Source: Dirinaria sp. TL-2023a (Eukaryota). Taken from it: DNA of 38,920 nt. Shown piece by piece: positions 12,023 to 24,489 of the stretch; the first letter of the stretch is position 1; each line of letters starts with the position of its first letter. Made by a program: the position numbers and the translations under genes. The DNA lies in NCBI GenBank assembly GCA_051941275.1, contig JAVEBF010000052.1, forward strand, positions 1 through 38,920, given 5' to 3'. The notes under the pieces are model-generated. The model worked only from the letters and a program-made list of their open reading frames with translations. It had not been told where the DNA came from and did not search any database.

Positions 12023-13584
12023 GGCAGAGCTAGAACAAAGAGGTCTACCGAATCCACGCAATGCGTATCATATGACTCCGGCGGCAAAGCAGCGCTGCTA
12101 ATCATCGTACGATAATTGGGTAGGAAAGAGGCATTGTGCAGACACGATGTTGTCTTTTGTACAGAGGATAGAAAACCCGGTCAGATAAGAACGCACGGTC
12201 TGTGATTTGTTTAAGCTATTGAATCGGATTGGAGGCGTACAGAAAGCATCGGGAAGCGAGGAATCATAATGTGTAGAAGGCATCGAGAAACAGGTATTTC
12301 GAGGGTGCGGGTAAGTGGAGGACATCGTTCAATCTTCGGGAAAAGCGTCAGTTACCCTATATATGCGTACTTTCTTCGGTGATACCGAATTGAAGCGTCC
12401 AATAAAATATCAACAAAGATCTGCGGGTTTCCATTCCCCCGCACACGGACCTGCATATTGTTGCATAAACAATCTGCAGTCAAGCATTCTGACCCTCGTT
12501 CCCCATAACTGCCTCATTGGGCAGTTCCATCCGCATCGTAATTGTTCGTGCAATATGATACCCGTAAATCTTAGAGATCTTTGCGGAGATTCTCATTGAG
12601 AGAGATCCTGGGTTCAGCAATGCCGCGTGCTACATCTACGTGCCCGTGACACTATTGAGGCCTTCGACCTGTACCATTGTCAGTATAGGTGCCTTGCGAG
12701 CCGAGACAAGTGAACAAAAGTTAACAAATCTGACTAGTGTCTCCTACCGTCACTTTGGTGAAGTAGATTACCATTGGAATAGTCGTACTTTGATCGGTAT
12801 TCAGATGAAGCACAGGTTCTAAGGATCTGTTCTGAATTTCATGAGCTGGGGAGCCCAATCCTCGAGTCAATATAGAACCTAGGAAGACTTGCTCCTGGAA
12901 ACATACAGAACTAGCATTTTAAAGTTCTCCAACCAAGGCAGAAAGAACCGGAGAAATTCATCTACTGTCACTCGAAATAGGTATTTCAGATAGGTGATTT
13001 GTTCTGTTGAATACGAATTTGCAGATCTCAAGACCTGTGTTCAGTGGGAAAGACCGTCTTCCTATGTTGGTAATATCACCCTATCTCGCCAGCAGAGCGC
13101 TATGCTCATGTAACCTCGCCTGTACGCTTGCTGCGCATAAGCGTATTCTTTTTACAAGGTAGGGTGACAAGCTCTTATCAGCGAAGCAGTAGTAAGACCA
13201 CCAGTTTTTCTCCTATGTTCCCTTGCTGTTAAAGTTCTTTAATCTGCAAAAGGCCTGTTTTGCAGTGCTTCTAGAGCTGGTAAGAAGACATTCATCATTG
13301 GAGGTATCTCGCACGAGCTCGTCAATATCAAGCCTACAAACGTTCTCCTGGGGATCCAGGGCTTTGACAATGCCGCGTTTTTGGAATTCAATTGTTGATG
13401 AAGTAGTCATGTTGCACATTCTCAGGATTGGCCAGTATGGCTTCCTATGTTGAGTTTTGAAGTCGATTTGCCTGAGTAGATGAGCATTCGCAACTTCCTT
13501 AAGCTGTTGCACCTCTGCTGCAGGACAGAGAGAGTGCGATGGACTGCCAGGTTGACACTTTGACTATTAACTTTGCTTTCCCGA

Positions 13585-13614
13585 TCCCCGCTCCCCGCTC
13601 CCCGCTCCCCGCTC
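13585..13614. repeat. Short tandem repeat (CTCCCCG)n, about 4 copies
   Basis: tccccg ctccccg ctccccg ctccccg ctc, read directly. Confidence 0.85.
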
Positions 13615-14793
13615 TATCGTGGCTCGCGCAAACGGGCTGCAAGTTTAGCCGTATAGATGAAAGATCTTGAGCTTTACCTTGAGCTTTGCGTTGCCATAGT
13701 TCCTTAGAAACCATAGTTACTGTTTCTTATCCGTACAAGCTAGTCAACAATCTTATCCATCTGACCAGTCGCGACTTGACTACGGCAGAGAGCAAGCAGG
13801 AGCGAAGTCTTCGGACTTTATTTCCAATTGAAGCTCTTCGGTAACGTAGAATTTTATCTTCGTCTAGTGCTTGGATGAGATTGGCGATGATGCCTCTTAA
13901 AGTTATACGATGTCGCTGAGCGAAGAGAGGAATCGGCAACAGACATTTCCTGATCATTTGACCGATACATCCTTCTCTGATAATTCACCTCGACTTCTCG
14001 GTATTAGACGTCTCCGGCTTACCTTTCTGTGCTTTGCGAGATGGGGTGTAACATACTCTAATTTGAGACGTTTTAGGCGGAGCATTCGAGGATCACGTTA
14101 GCCTCAGCAAACTATGCTGTTATTCTCAGCACGAATTCGCAGACGACTCAATCCACGCAATTTTCCGAACCCTCGCTGATAGGATGCGATGTTTGGATGG
14201 GGATTGAGACCTCGAAACGAGCTTCAAGCCAATGACGCTTCAGCATTAGCGAAGCTAACTAAAGGTGCATCACCCCATGGAGATGATCTTAAGGCGTGCG
14301 GCGCGGGTTTCTTGGCATGCTAGTACTGATGAGCCGCCCCCAAGGCTGACTTTAATTAGTGCAATCCTCCAATGAGAGGAAGCTCTGAAGACGATCATGG
14401 AAGATCTATGTAAGGTACGTTTCAGCAAGACGCCATAAGGCCATCGTCAAGTTGGGGCCGAAAATGACACCTGGGGAAATTGGAGGAACAAGCTAGGCTG
14501 CGAGCAATAATTGATTCAGTTAAAGAGCCTTGGCTTTCGATGATCATTTGAAAATACGTCGGCCAAGTCCTCATGAGCTGGGGCGAAGCCATGGGTCATG
14601 CAACTCAGGCAGGCTGTCGGTTCCCTCAAATCTCGCTCTCGTCGCCGTTCTATCTTTCGTTCGTGAAGACATCAGTCTATTTGGAGATCGTAGGCCCGAG
14701 AGGCTTTCATTTCCTATGGGGATTAATTGCTTTTGCAAGAAATCCGCAATAGTCACCGTCTGCACAGGCTCTAGCTGCTGAGCTCTTGCCAAT

Positions 14794-17078
14794 ATGTACC
14801 TTCTTCCGTACTCGCTTTTGCGTGCATCAGCGATATACCTTTCGGCGCTTTGCTATTTTGGAAGTCTTGCAGAGACACTGCCAGAAGGTGAAGGACCGTT
14901 GGTGCTCCACCCTATCAACTTGCGAGAGTACGAATCTGCGGCGGGCTTGGAGCGAAGAGGACAAGATGATTTTTCCGACCTTGACCCTGCAACTCAGGCG
15001 CAATTAATTTATGGAAGACCAGGCAGTACGTAGATCAGAGGAGCTTCTCGTGTGGTGTAGCTGACCACTGGTGTTCAGATGAGGGTCAGTTACTTTTCGC
15101 CAATATGACTTTGTATGCCGCAGACGGGCTGCCAATTGTGTTGATGGAGCGCTTCGAAGGTCTTACCTCTGCAGTGGATTGCAAGGGCGATGACGGCTCC
15201 ATGTCTCTGACCCTTAAATCAAAAGCAGCATACGAATATGCGCTGCAGATTTGGGGTTACATCAATGAGGATGATGAAAAGCGATTTTTGCTCATTGCTA
15301 ATCATGATGGTTGCGGACCAGCAGACGAGAGACAGCCATACAAGTGAGTCAAGAAACCCAGAAGCACTGGCTCTCACTCGTCTGATACTGATATCTGCTC
15401 ATAGAGTTTCATCGGTCACAGAAGATCCTGCAGATCTTACGATCAAGATGAAAACGCAACTGGCGCAGTGGTCTGAAGTCGCCGGCTCATACGACCTTGA
15501 TTTTGGTAAGGCGATACCACGAACGTCATCCAAGAAGTTTAAGCCTCGTGGGTTCTGGGGTGACATCGTAAATGTTGGCAAGGACGCACTGGAAGCTGCG
15601 CAGGGCAACGCAGATCTCAGCAAGAGCGTGACTTTCGACGTGGACGTGGGAAAGTCGGGAGAAAGATCAAATATATACACCGACGATAAAGGGCGGTTCT
15701 CCATCGACTGCATTGACTGCTACATCACTGGCAGCTGGCAAGTGCAAGGACACATCAAGGTCGACAATTTTGTACTGCAAGATTTGACCCTAGAAGCGAC
15801 ACCCAGTGACTTTGTAGCGAAATTGGAGCTCGAGGCAACTGTCACATCGAGCAAACAGCCAGACTCCTTGCAACAGAGCAAAGAGCTCTTTTCGGCCCCC
15901 ATTCCAGGAGCTGGTATCACAGTGACTGGTATCTTTAAGCTCGGTGCAACGGTCTCGTACGACGTTGGGACCAGTGCAACCTTTGCAGGGACTGCAACTG
16001 CGGATTTCGGGCTCCAAGCAAGTCTTCCGAACGGTGCAAAAGTTGTTGCGGACATCAATAGCCCAACCGATAGTTCTGCCACTGGTTGGCAAGGATCTTC
16101 TCTCACTCCTATTTTCGATGTGACGAAGCTCTCCGCTTCCATCACCCTAGCAGCGTATTCCCAGCCAAAAATTGCATTTGGTGTTGAACTGATTGAGGTC
16201 GGCAAGGTCGATGTTGCAGTAACCATGAAACTGCCTGAGATCTCCTCCACTTTATCCGCTTCATATGGTAAGCAGGCCTGCCTCCTCGACAGATGATGGC
16301 TGATCAGTGTCCAGACGCCGATGGAGTATGCGGGAAAGGGAGTTCAAAAACCGGCGTAAAGCTAGAGAACAAGGCAGATGAATCACTCAGCCTCCAGATT
16401 GATGTCGACCTAGGGGACGATGACTCCAAGCCTTCGTGGTCGAAACAATTACTCGATTTCTCCCAGCCCCTAGGATCCGACTGCTTCCCAATCAGCATTC
16501 CGGGGTTGGGGCCTGGTTCTGCAACTTCGGCGAAACCTGCACCTTCTGGTACAGCGGCTTCGTCGTCCGGGACTTGTGCCCCACCTGGCAAGTCAGGTAT
16601 TTGTCAAAAGACTAGTATATCGTGCAGCGGTGGTGCCTACATTTCTGGTTACTGCCCAGGCGATGAATCCATCAAATGCTGCCCTAATGCTGGCTCGTCG
16701 GCGACCGCTCCAAGTGCAAGCGCCACACCCACAACTTGTAAGCCTCCTGGAAAGACAGGTATTTGCCAGAGTACTACCACGGCGTGCACTGGCGGAGATT
16801 ATGTTTCTGGCTATTGTCCAGGGGATGACTCCATTAAATGCTGCCCTAACGCTGCGCCCACTCCTACCAGCACAGCCTGCTCACCACCTGGTAAGACTGG
16901 TATATGCCAGAAGACCTCCGAGACGTGTGCTGGTGGAAGCTACATCAGCGGCTACTGTCCAGGGGATGACAGTATCAAATGCTGTCCCAATGCTTCAGCT
17001 CCATCGGCGTCTGCAACTGGGGGCGGCGGGTGCAAGATGAAGAGAGATCGATTTGGAAGAAGGATGCTCGTTTGTTAG
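14794..17078 (+). CDS. Secreted beta-rich protein (DUF7029/DUF7223-like N-terminal and central domains) with three C-terminal 6-Cys defensin-like repeats; 4 exons (14794-15025, 15079-15343, 15405-16267, 16315-17078), 707 aa
   Basis: Hydrophobic N-terminus. The segments LIANHDGCG..ERQPY, SIDCIDCYITGS and PIPGAGITVTGIFKLG are recalled from this fungal family. All three introns keep the frame. Repeats match CxPPGKxGICQxTxxxCxGGxY(I/V)SGYCPGDxSIKCC. Confidence 0.85.
16575..16985 (+). repeat. Three intragenic 36-codon Cys-rich repeats (16575-16682, 16737-16844, 16878-16985) joined by S/T/P/A linkers
   Basis: Identical Cys spacing C-x8-C-x6-C-x9-C-x7-CC in all three copies, with many synonymous differences between them. 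Confidence 0.95.
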
Positions 17079-17327
17079 TTCTCAGCAATGATATTTAGAT
17101 AGGATAATTGAATCTTCCAGCCAGTCGCCGCGCCGTGTATTACATTATGAAGGAAAAGACAATCATGACAGCATGGTTCCGGACAGTCGGTACCAGTCGT
17201 ACCGTTAGGATTAAGACACTTAATTGGCTACTCCGGCCGGGTTGGGTCCCATAGTGCCCATGCATCCGTGGATACTCAACTTTGACACTAGTGCGCTTAA
17301 CACAGGGGTTTTGAGCATTCTTCTTGT

Positions 17328-18280
17328 TCATAACGAGGCAATCAGAAAGTAGATCCGAACGCTCCTCATGCTTCCCGTCAAGTTTACATCAGCGTTGAGT
17401 CTGGCGGTTCCAGTCGGCACACCGGCCAACTCAATGTTCGTACAGTCAGTGCACTTTTTCGACATGGACTTCGAAACTTGGGAAAGACTTCCCGGACGCA
17501 TATCGCTCGAGACGAGGGCGCTCACACTCAGGTTCTGTGCAATCACTGCCTTTGAGTTGTCGTCTTCCACTAGGAACACCTTCACAGCAGAGTCTCTGCC
17601 TCTCTCGGCTATCAAACTCGATTGAATAGTCCTCGTGACCTCCGTTTCGCTCTCGTTTCCTCTTTCTATAGCTGTGACAGATTTCCAAAAAGGTGTGTCC
17701 GCCTCGGTGTTTATGCAAATAGCGTAATGCCTTCCGTCATCCGTCGCGACCCCATTCACACATGTCTCACCCTCCGCGCACACGCCGAACTCGGAATAAT
17801 ACGGCACGCCTGGTGGCAGGTACCGGTCACGAGGGTAGCAAAAGCGTCGCCAATTACGCGGTGAGGAGCCAGAATTATAGCATTCTGAGGAGATGGTAAA
17901 CTCTGTTGAATGGCAGGAGATGCGGTGGATAATTGGTGAAGAGGAGACGGCGGAAGATCGGGCCAGCAGAGCCGTAGGGGAGTGAAGGAAAATTATTTCT
18001 GTAGTGGGCGGAGCGGAAATAGTAATCGATAGTGGAATTCTGTTGAGATAGAAGCGTCAGCTAAAAGGGAAGGGAAAAATTAGGTGCCTCAGTAAGTGAG
18101 AGCGTACAGTACGGTATCATTGCTTATTAGAGCCGGTGAGTTGGACCTAGCGATAGCTTTTCTTTGCTGATATGAAGATTGGTAGATAGGTCTCAGGTAA
18201 CTCCCACGATTTATGAGTGCATGTGCTTGACCTGTAAGTGAAAGAGCGACAATTAGAAGATAAATTAAGATGTGTTGCAT
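17328..18280 (-). CDS. Secreted Cys-containing protein of unknown function; 2 exons (18280-18108, 18039-17328), 294 aa
   Basis: Signal peptide MQHILIYLLIVALSLTGQAHA. A phase-2 intron (gtacgc..ctgac..caacag) joins it in frame to ISCHSTEFTISSECY..RNWRRFCY..GVCAEGETCVNG..YAICI, with a further CTDC near the C-terminus. Confidence 0.8.
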
Positions 18281-19756
18281 GTTGGCAATGTGGAATGTCG
18301 GGCAGACATCTCATGCTAGTATATCAACGGATAAAATATTTTGACATTCGCCATTGTCATCTATTATCAATTGCGTCAGCCTCGATCACCTGTCCTGTTT
18401 GCTCGAGTACGCGACCAAGGTACACCTCGTCGCATAGACGAAAGCGGCCCGTTCAGACGCATGTTAATCGCGCTCCCTGTGCTGCCATTATTATTGCGTC
18501 AGACGAGGTTCTTCGGCAGGCTCAGGGATAAGAACATTGCCCTAGATCGTGATACATGGCATATTACTCAGCCCTCAAGTCTGATGGATGGTCTCGGAGA
18601 TCGTTGCTTTACGATGAAGCCGTATTTTCAGCGCTTTCTTAGTGTTTTGCCGCACCTTTCACATCTTATCTGGATTAGCCGTGATTCAATCTGGCATTGA
18701 CAGATGACCATCGATTGCAGTCCCATGCTCTGACAATTAAAGGTCTGAATTATACAAGGCAACGCGAGCAACGCATGTAGGAAAGGCGCCAAATGCAGTG
18801 ACCCTACAAAAACCCTAGATTTCATCGCGAACGGCTTCCTTTGGTATGTCCGAGAGATCGGTTCAACGACTTTCTTCTCCTTAGCGGTGCCCTTCCGAGC
18901 TGTTGACTTTGCTAGTAGCGAGATAATTCTTCGTCTGTACAAAACGCTAGTAAGACAAGAGACGGAGCTTACTGGGTCAAGGTGTGAGCACAAGACTTAT
19001 CCTTTGTGATCGATCATTTCAGGCGACACTGCTCCATCCTATCTAAGTCTTTGGTTGTCCCCAGCGTTGTTAGTCTTGGATAGGTGATGCTAAAATTGCA
19101 AAAGCCATGCTAAAAAACACCCAAATTTAAGGTCAATACAGATGGAAGACTACTGACTCAATGGAAAGAGGAAGCACTACTTTGTCCCGAGCTTCTCTCC
19201 AATTTGCCTCGGAGGAGACTATTGATGACCCTTGGATGCGATGGGATGGAGCTTTATACTTTTAATGTCTATCGCTGAAACATATCGTGTTAGAGAAAAG
19301 CTAGGAAGAAAAGACAAGAAGATACTTGGTATTGCTGATGTTACGAGGGCACTGAAGATCATGATCAAGTACGAAACTGCTACTATAATTTGTGCTAACC
19401 GGACGCCACGCGCGGGTTCTGCAGAAAAAGACGACAGAAAGACTTGAAAACTTGCAGATTCCTGCTGATGGTACGAAGTCATCCTAAAGCCTGAAAGTTC
19501 ACAATAACAACAAGTATTACGTAACAGATACACTAAATGCCGAGCTCAGCCGAGAAGTGATGCAAAAACTCGTGCATCTGCCCGTCATCAATATATTATT
19601 GGCTCGCTGGCCTTCCACGCTCTTTTTCCCAGCTTCGAATATGCTTCTCCAACTTCTAAATTAACAATCTTCTACTTTTCAACGACAAGTGGCAAATAAT
19701 AATCCGAGCATCGACGCCGCCCGCCACTGCTCCAGAATTTTCGGTTTCTCCCCACA

Positions 19757-21321
19757 ATGCCGAACAATACCTTGGCCAATTCTCCAGAGTCATCACCACC
19801 GGTGACTTCTGAGAAAGACGCTCAACAAATTTGGGACCAACATTCAGCTAACCCGTTCAATTGGCCAGAGAGCAAAAAGTGGAAAATTGTCTTGGTAGCG
19901 GCTTCAGTGACTCTTCTGACCGGTATAAACACGACAAGCATCGCAACACCGAGTCATGAAATCACCCATAAGTTTCACGTGAGCGACGCTGTGTTCCCGA
20001 ACTCCGTATGGCTCGTCACCGTCTGGAATATTGGCAGCGCTTTTGGGCCAATGGTTGGACTGCCTCTGTTAGAAAATTTTGGAATAAGGCATGGTTACCT
20101 GGTAAACGAGCTCTCGCATCCGGAAACGCGCGGTAACTGATCACTGAATCCTAGATATTATATGGACTTTTCATTCTCATGGTGATCCCGCAGGCTTTGG
20201 CCAATAATTTTGCAACATTGCTAGTTACCCGCACCATTGCCGGTGTTTCTGGGGGCACCCTCCAAAACGCGATGGTAACATTCGTAGCAGACATGTGGCT
20301 CACTGACAAGCAACGCAATCTTCCGATTACTCTCTACATCCTCGTCTTAACGGCGGGGGTCAGCCTGGGTCCCGCTTTCGGTGCGATATCCGGCAGTTTA
20401 TATTGGCGATGGTAGGCTATCGCATGACACCTCGAAATCAATCAATAACCGATACTTAGGGTCTTCTATATTCAACTGATTATTCTTTGTTCATTGTTCC
20501 CAATCCTTTTAATCATTCTTAGAGAGACAAGAGGCCCCGTGCTTCTGTCACGTTACGCTAGCAACGACCATAGGCTGGCAAAACTGAATAGCGCAGCCAC
20601 ACAAATCTCTATCTCGAGCCTCGCATACGAGGCCATAATGCGCCCAGCTTATCTGCTATGCTCTGAGCCCGTGGTGTTTTTTCTCATGCTCTGGTCAGCT
20701 TTCAGCTTTGGACTTGTACTCATGATGACCCAGAGCGTGGCACAGGTGTACTCAACCAACCACGGCTTCAGTGACCCTGCCACTGGTCTTGTTCAAATTG
20801 CGCTATTCGTCGGCGAGGCTGTTGGTTTCCTCGCCTGCCTCCCTCAAAATGCGTATTACCAACGTTCCGCCACGCGCAATACCGTCAATGTTGGAGTTCC
20901 TATTCCTGAAGCACGTCTACCTCTTAGTATTCTTGCTAGCTTGGTCGGTCTTGCAGGGGGGCTGTTTTGGTATGCGTGGACCAGCTTCGCCTACATTCAC
21001 TGGATCTTGCCAACCATCGGCTTGGCTTTTGTCGGGTTCGGAATCATGATTATCATCTCTACAGTCGGCTTGTATATTACAGATGCTTACACCAAGTACG
21101 CTGGAAGTGCAATCGCTGCTGTGGTATTTGGGGAGAATATGTTCGCCGCCTGGCTACCTCTAGCCACGAAAGCGATGTATACAAATCTTGGCTTCCGGTG
21201 GGCAAGCAGCTTACTGGGATTTGTGGCATTGGTGTTGACGTTGGCTCCTATCCTATTACTTGTCAAGGGCGAGACAATCCGGAGGAGAAGCAAATTTATC
21301 AGCGAGGCATCATATACTTGA
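19757..21321 (+). CDS. MFS transporter, drug:H+ antiporter-1 (DHA1)-like; 3 exons (19757-20101, 20155-20411, 20460-21321), 487 aa
   Basis: Motifs NPFNWPESKKW, PLLENFG, LLVTRTIAG, LGPAFG, YWRW|VFY, LRETRGPVLL, PEARL and YITDAYTKYAGSA; about 12 hydrophobic segments. Confidence 0.93.
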
Positions 21322-24300
21322 AAATAGTGAAAGTAGAAAGGCTCCAGGTCAAGGAAAATCAGACGACAGTATCGAAACTTCTGTCTTGCATAACAGTGAG
21401 TTACCAATCACGCCTCGCGATCTGTGCGTCCGTTTCCGAGATTTTTTTACTTAAATATTCTGGTTAAACAATTGCTTAGGCAAATCTTCCTTCGCTTCCA
21501 TCATTTCCACGAATGCTGTTCTTAAAACACACTGTCAGCGCGCATTAAGTTTTCCTACAAACGTTGTTTTTGTAATGTTCAGAGCCGCGGTGATTGATAA
21601 TAGGAATTAACTTTGAGCTGCTACAAAGTTGGCTAATCTTTTTACAGAAGGAGTCGAGGAATCCAGTAGGGAAGTTGAAAACCCCGCTGATCCTTGCCCC
21701 CACCACCCCCTAGGGAGCACAACAGAAACAAAAAAAGAGATGAGAGATATAATGTGTACTGACTGACTGGTTGAGCATCGTATTTTTGATTTTCTGACCT
21801 CTTTACAGAAACCTGCCCGGCATGCAGATATTAATGAAGAGTGAATAAGTACATCTATCGAGTTTTGCTCATCTGTGAATTCGCAACCAGACTAACGAAG
21901 ATTTGCATGCATCTGACTGCCTAATTGTTCGTATACAGAGAAGACTGGACTTGAGCAGCCCCTCGTGCAGGAAACTAACGCACTCTTTGTCCTAGTCAGC
22001 TGTCAACACTGTCGAATCGCACCTATCCTATACAAATTTGACGACCCGCATTCCCACAGATTCCTCTCCCCGCCGCTTCCTCTCTACCTTCACAAGTCTC
22101 ACAGTTCTTAGAGACATCCACAGTCTTCCTTCGCCCATACACCATTCGTAAAATGTTTGCACTGCCCGAACTTCGACGCCAGATCATATGCGTTGCACTG
22201 GGAGTTCTTGCAAAAATAAAGATTCGGCCCTGTACCACACGTCAAAGGCCGTCATTCGCTAATGTTAAAGTGGGTATAAGCAGTTTGTGACTTACCACAC
22301 GTGTCAAAGCACTGATCTGAGTTCACGAAAAGCATTGAAGACGAGCCTGCAGGGCCACCGACTACCGGACCCCCAAGGCTAGCATAAGAGGTACCCGCAT
22401 AATTCTTGCAGCTGGCGTCGTAATAACTGGTACGTCCTTTACGTTAGTCCCTCATTCCAAACCTGTCATTGACCTACAAGGGGAGTTCGGTAACTCAAGT
22501 ACGAGACACACAAATTAACCTGAGCACTACCAAGAGCCGTAAGTGGAAACAGGAGCGCTGAGAAGGTAATCTTGGAGTAATGCATGGCTGTGGATCTCAG
22601 AATGCTTTGATGAGAAGTTGGGACGAGCTTCTGCCTTCAAACTGTAGAAAAGACTTTAGGTTCGGGAATGCGAAGCACATAAGAGGATTGAGCTGGACCT
22701 TTATACCCTTCAATACCACGTTCTAGAGCCCATTGAGTGTATGTTCTTTCTCATCCCACTTCGATCTATAACCCACAATACCACCTAGGTGAAGTCGCTT
22801 GGGATCTCACGCAGTAAGACAACTTCCCATCATTCCTGAATACTCGTATTCGGAAGCTTGTTCGCAGCACTGTAACCCAGAATACGGTCCATGCTAACCC
22901 ATATCGATCAAAACGGCAATTAGGTCAGCGAGTCTCAATATATCAGTCAGCCATTTCGCCCTTCTAAAGATGTCATCTCAAATCACTGGTTTTGTCAAGT
23001 GAAGCGAAAAGCTGTCGCTGATTGGTGAATTCGGTGTGTGTGGCAGGTGCGCTATTGAGAGCTCAGCTACTTTGTCAGCTTTATGCATGCTGACTGTCGC
23101 TTTGTGGCGGCCCTAACCCGACACTTCTAAATAAAACCTATTTTTTATTCTCCGCGGACACACTTCTCGTGCCTCATCGTCAACTGCGAAATATTTCGAA
23201 GGCCTGACACGACTGAAAAGAAGTGTAGAAAATACCCGGACAAGCAGTGGCCACAATGCTGATTGGGCGATGGTGAACGAAGAAGATACCTTTTGAGAGT
23301 GATGGAACAGGGAGAAAGGATGAATAAAGAGAGGTAGCCAAAGCGAAGATTCGTACCCAAAGGAAACATTGACTCGATAGCGTCCACGAAGCTGTTCGAA
23401 TGGCAAGCATGAATCAGACGCACAATCGCTTCGAGATCAAATTTTGCGCCAATAGAAACACAGAAAGCTCGTCAAACGTTCCCAATTTGAACACTGGGCC
23501 GGTCACATGATGCAGGATTGGAGAAGGCTCACGAAAGTGTATGGTTTGGGGGGGCCAGCCAGGAGGGTACTGGATCATTGACTCGCCACTGGACGACTGG
23601 AGAAAGAATGGGTTGCTAGAGGACAAGTGTTGACACATTGGGGAAAAGATCGTCGACTACCTCCCTGTTTCCCACGATGAGCCAGGACCTTTTTTTTGCT
23701 TATTTCCCTCGGTTTGATCATGACCATCAATCTGTTGATCTCACGGCTTGGCAATCAGCAAAGCTGAGAGATTCGAAGATATCTGGGGAATCTAGAGTGC
23801 TCAATAGATTAGATGGAGAAACGAGCAATTCTATGTGTTCGTCACGAGCAATATAAAACATCGAAGAACGCAGTCAAGCTCTGTATAGGTACACTTAACA
23901 TCTCATCTAGCATCTAGAAGTTCGTGAAATGCTCTGAACCTAACGACGGAACCTTTCTAGTTAAGCTAGCAGCATCCTAAGACTAATCGATTGTTCTCTC
24001 CTATACACTAACGCTGATCAAAAATCTTACGACTGTGCTTGGGTGATTTGCTACTAACTCTAGATTCTCACGCACCTACAATGCTTGCAAAGTCACAACA
24101 TGAATATTCCATGGATACAGTGTTGCACTCAATTGACTCGGGTTGGCAATATGGCCTTTGAATCATCACTCTTCCTAGCCTAAGCGATCTAGGCGATCTA
24201 GGTTAGGGGTCTCTTGGGGCTAGCCTAGAGGCATTTTTGAGGTCGATAAGTTGTCTCTTTGCCGGCCATTTTGCTGCGTTAGAAGTCCGCATAGGACGAG

Positions 24301-24489
24301 GTGATCTCTCATTGTTGCAGCTGACCATGTTCAAAGATTCAGGAGTTCAATTTCTCTCAGCGTATCTGGAGTTCCTGAGACATCGGCTATGCAAACTAGA
24401 TCTCTGCAAATACAGCAGATCTAGGTTCACGAATTGCCATCGCATGATTCGGCATACGACAATCGCTTTGCGAGTTGCTGACATCTCCT

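Noticed and set aside
16575..16985. Repeats as a RiPP/KEP precursor or a CRISPR-like array
   Set aside because: There are no dibasic sites between repeats and no DUF3328 neighbour; the repeats are conserved at protein level within a eukaryotic exon.
15399..17040. Long alternative-frame and antisense ORFs overlapping the 707-aa gene
   Set aside because: They are shadows of the real coding frame and carry no independent motifs.
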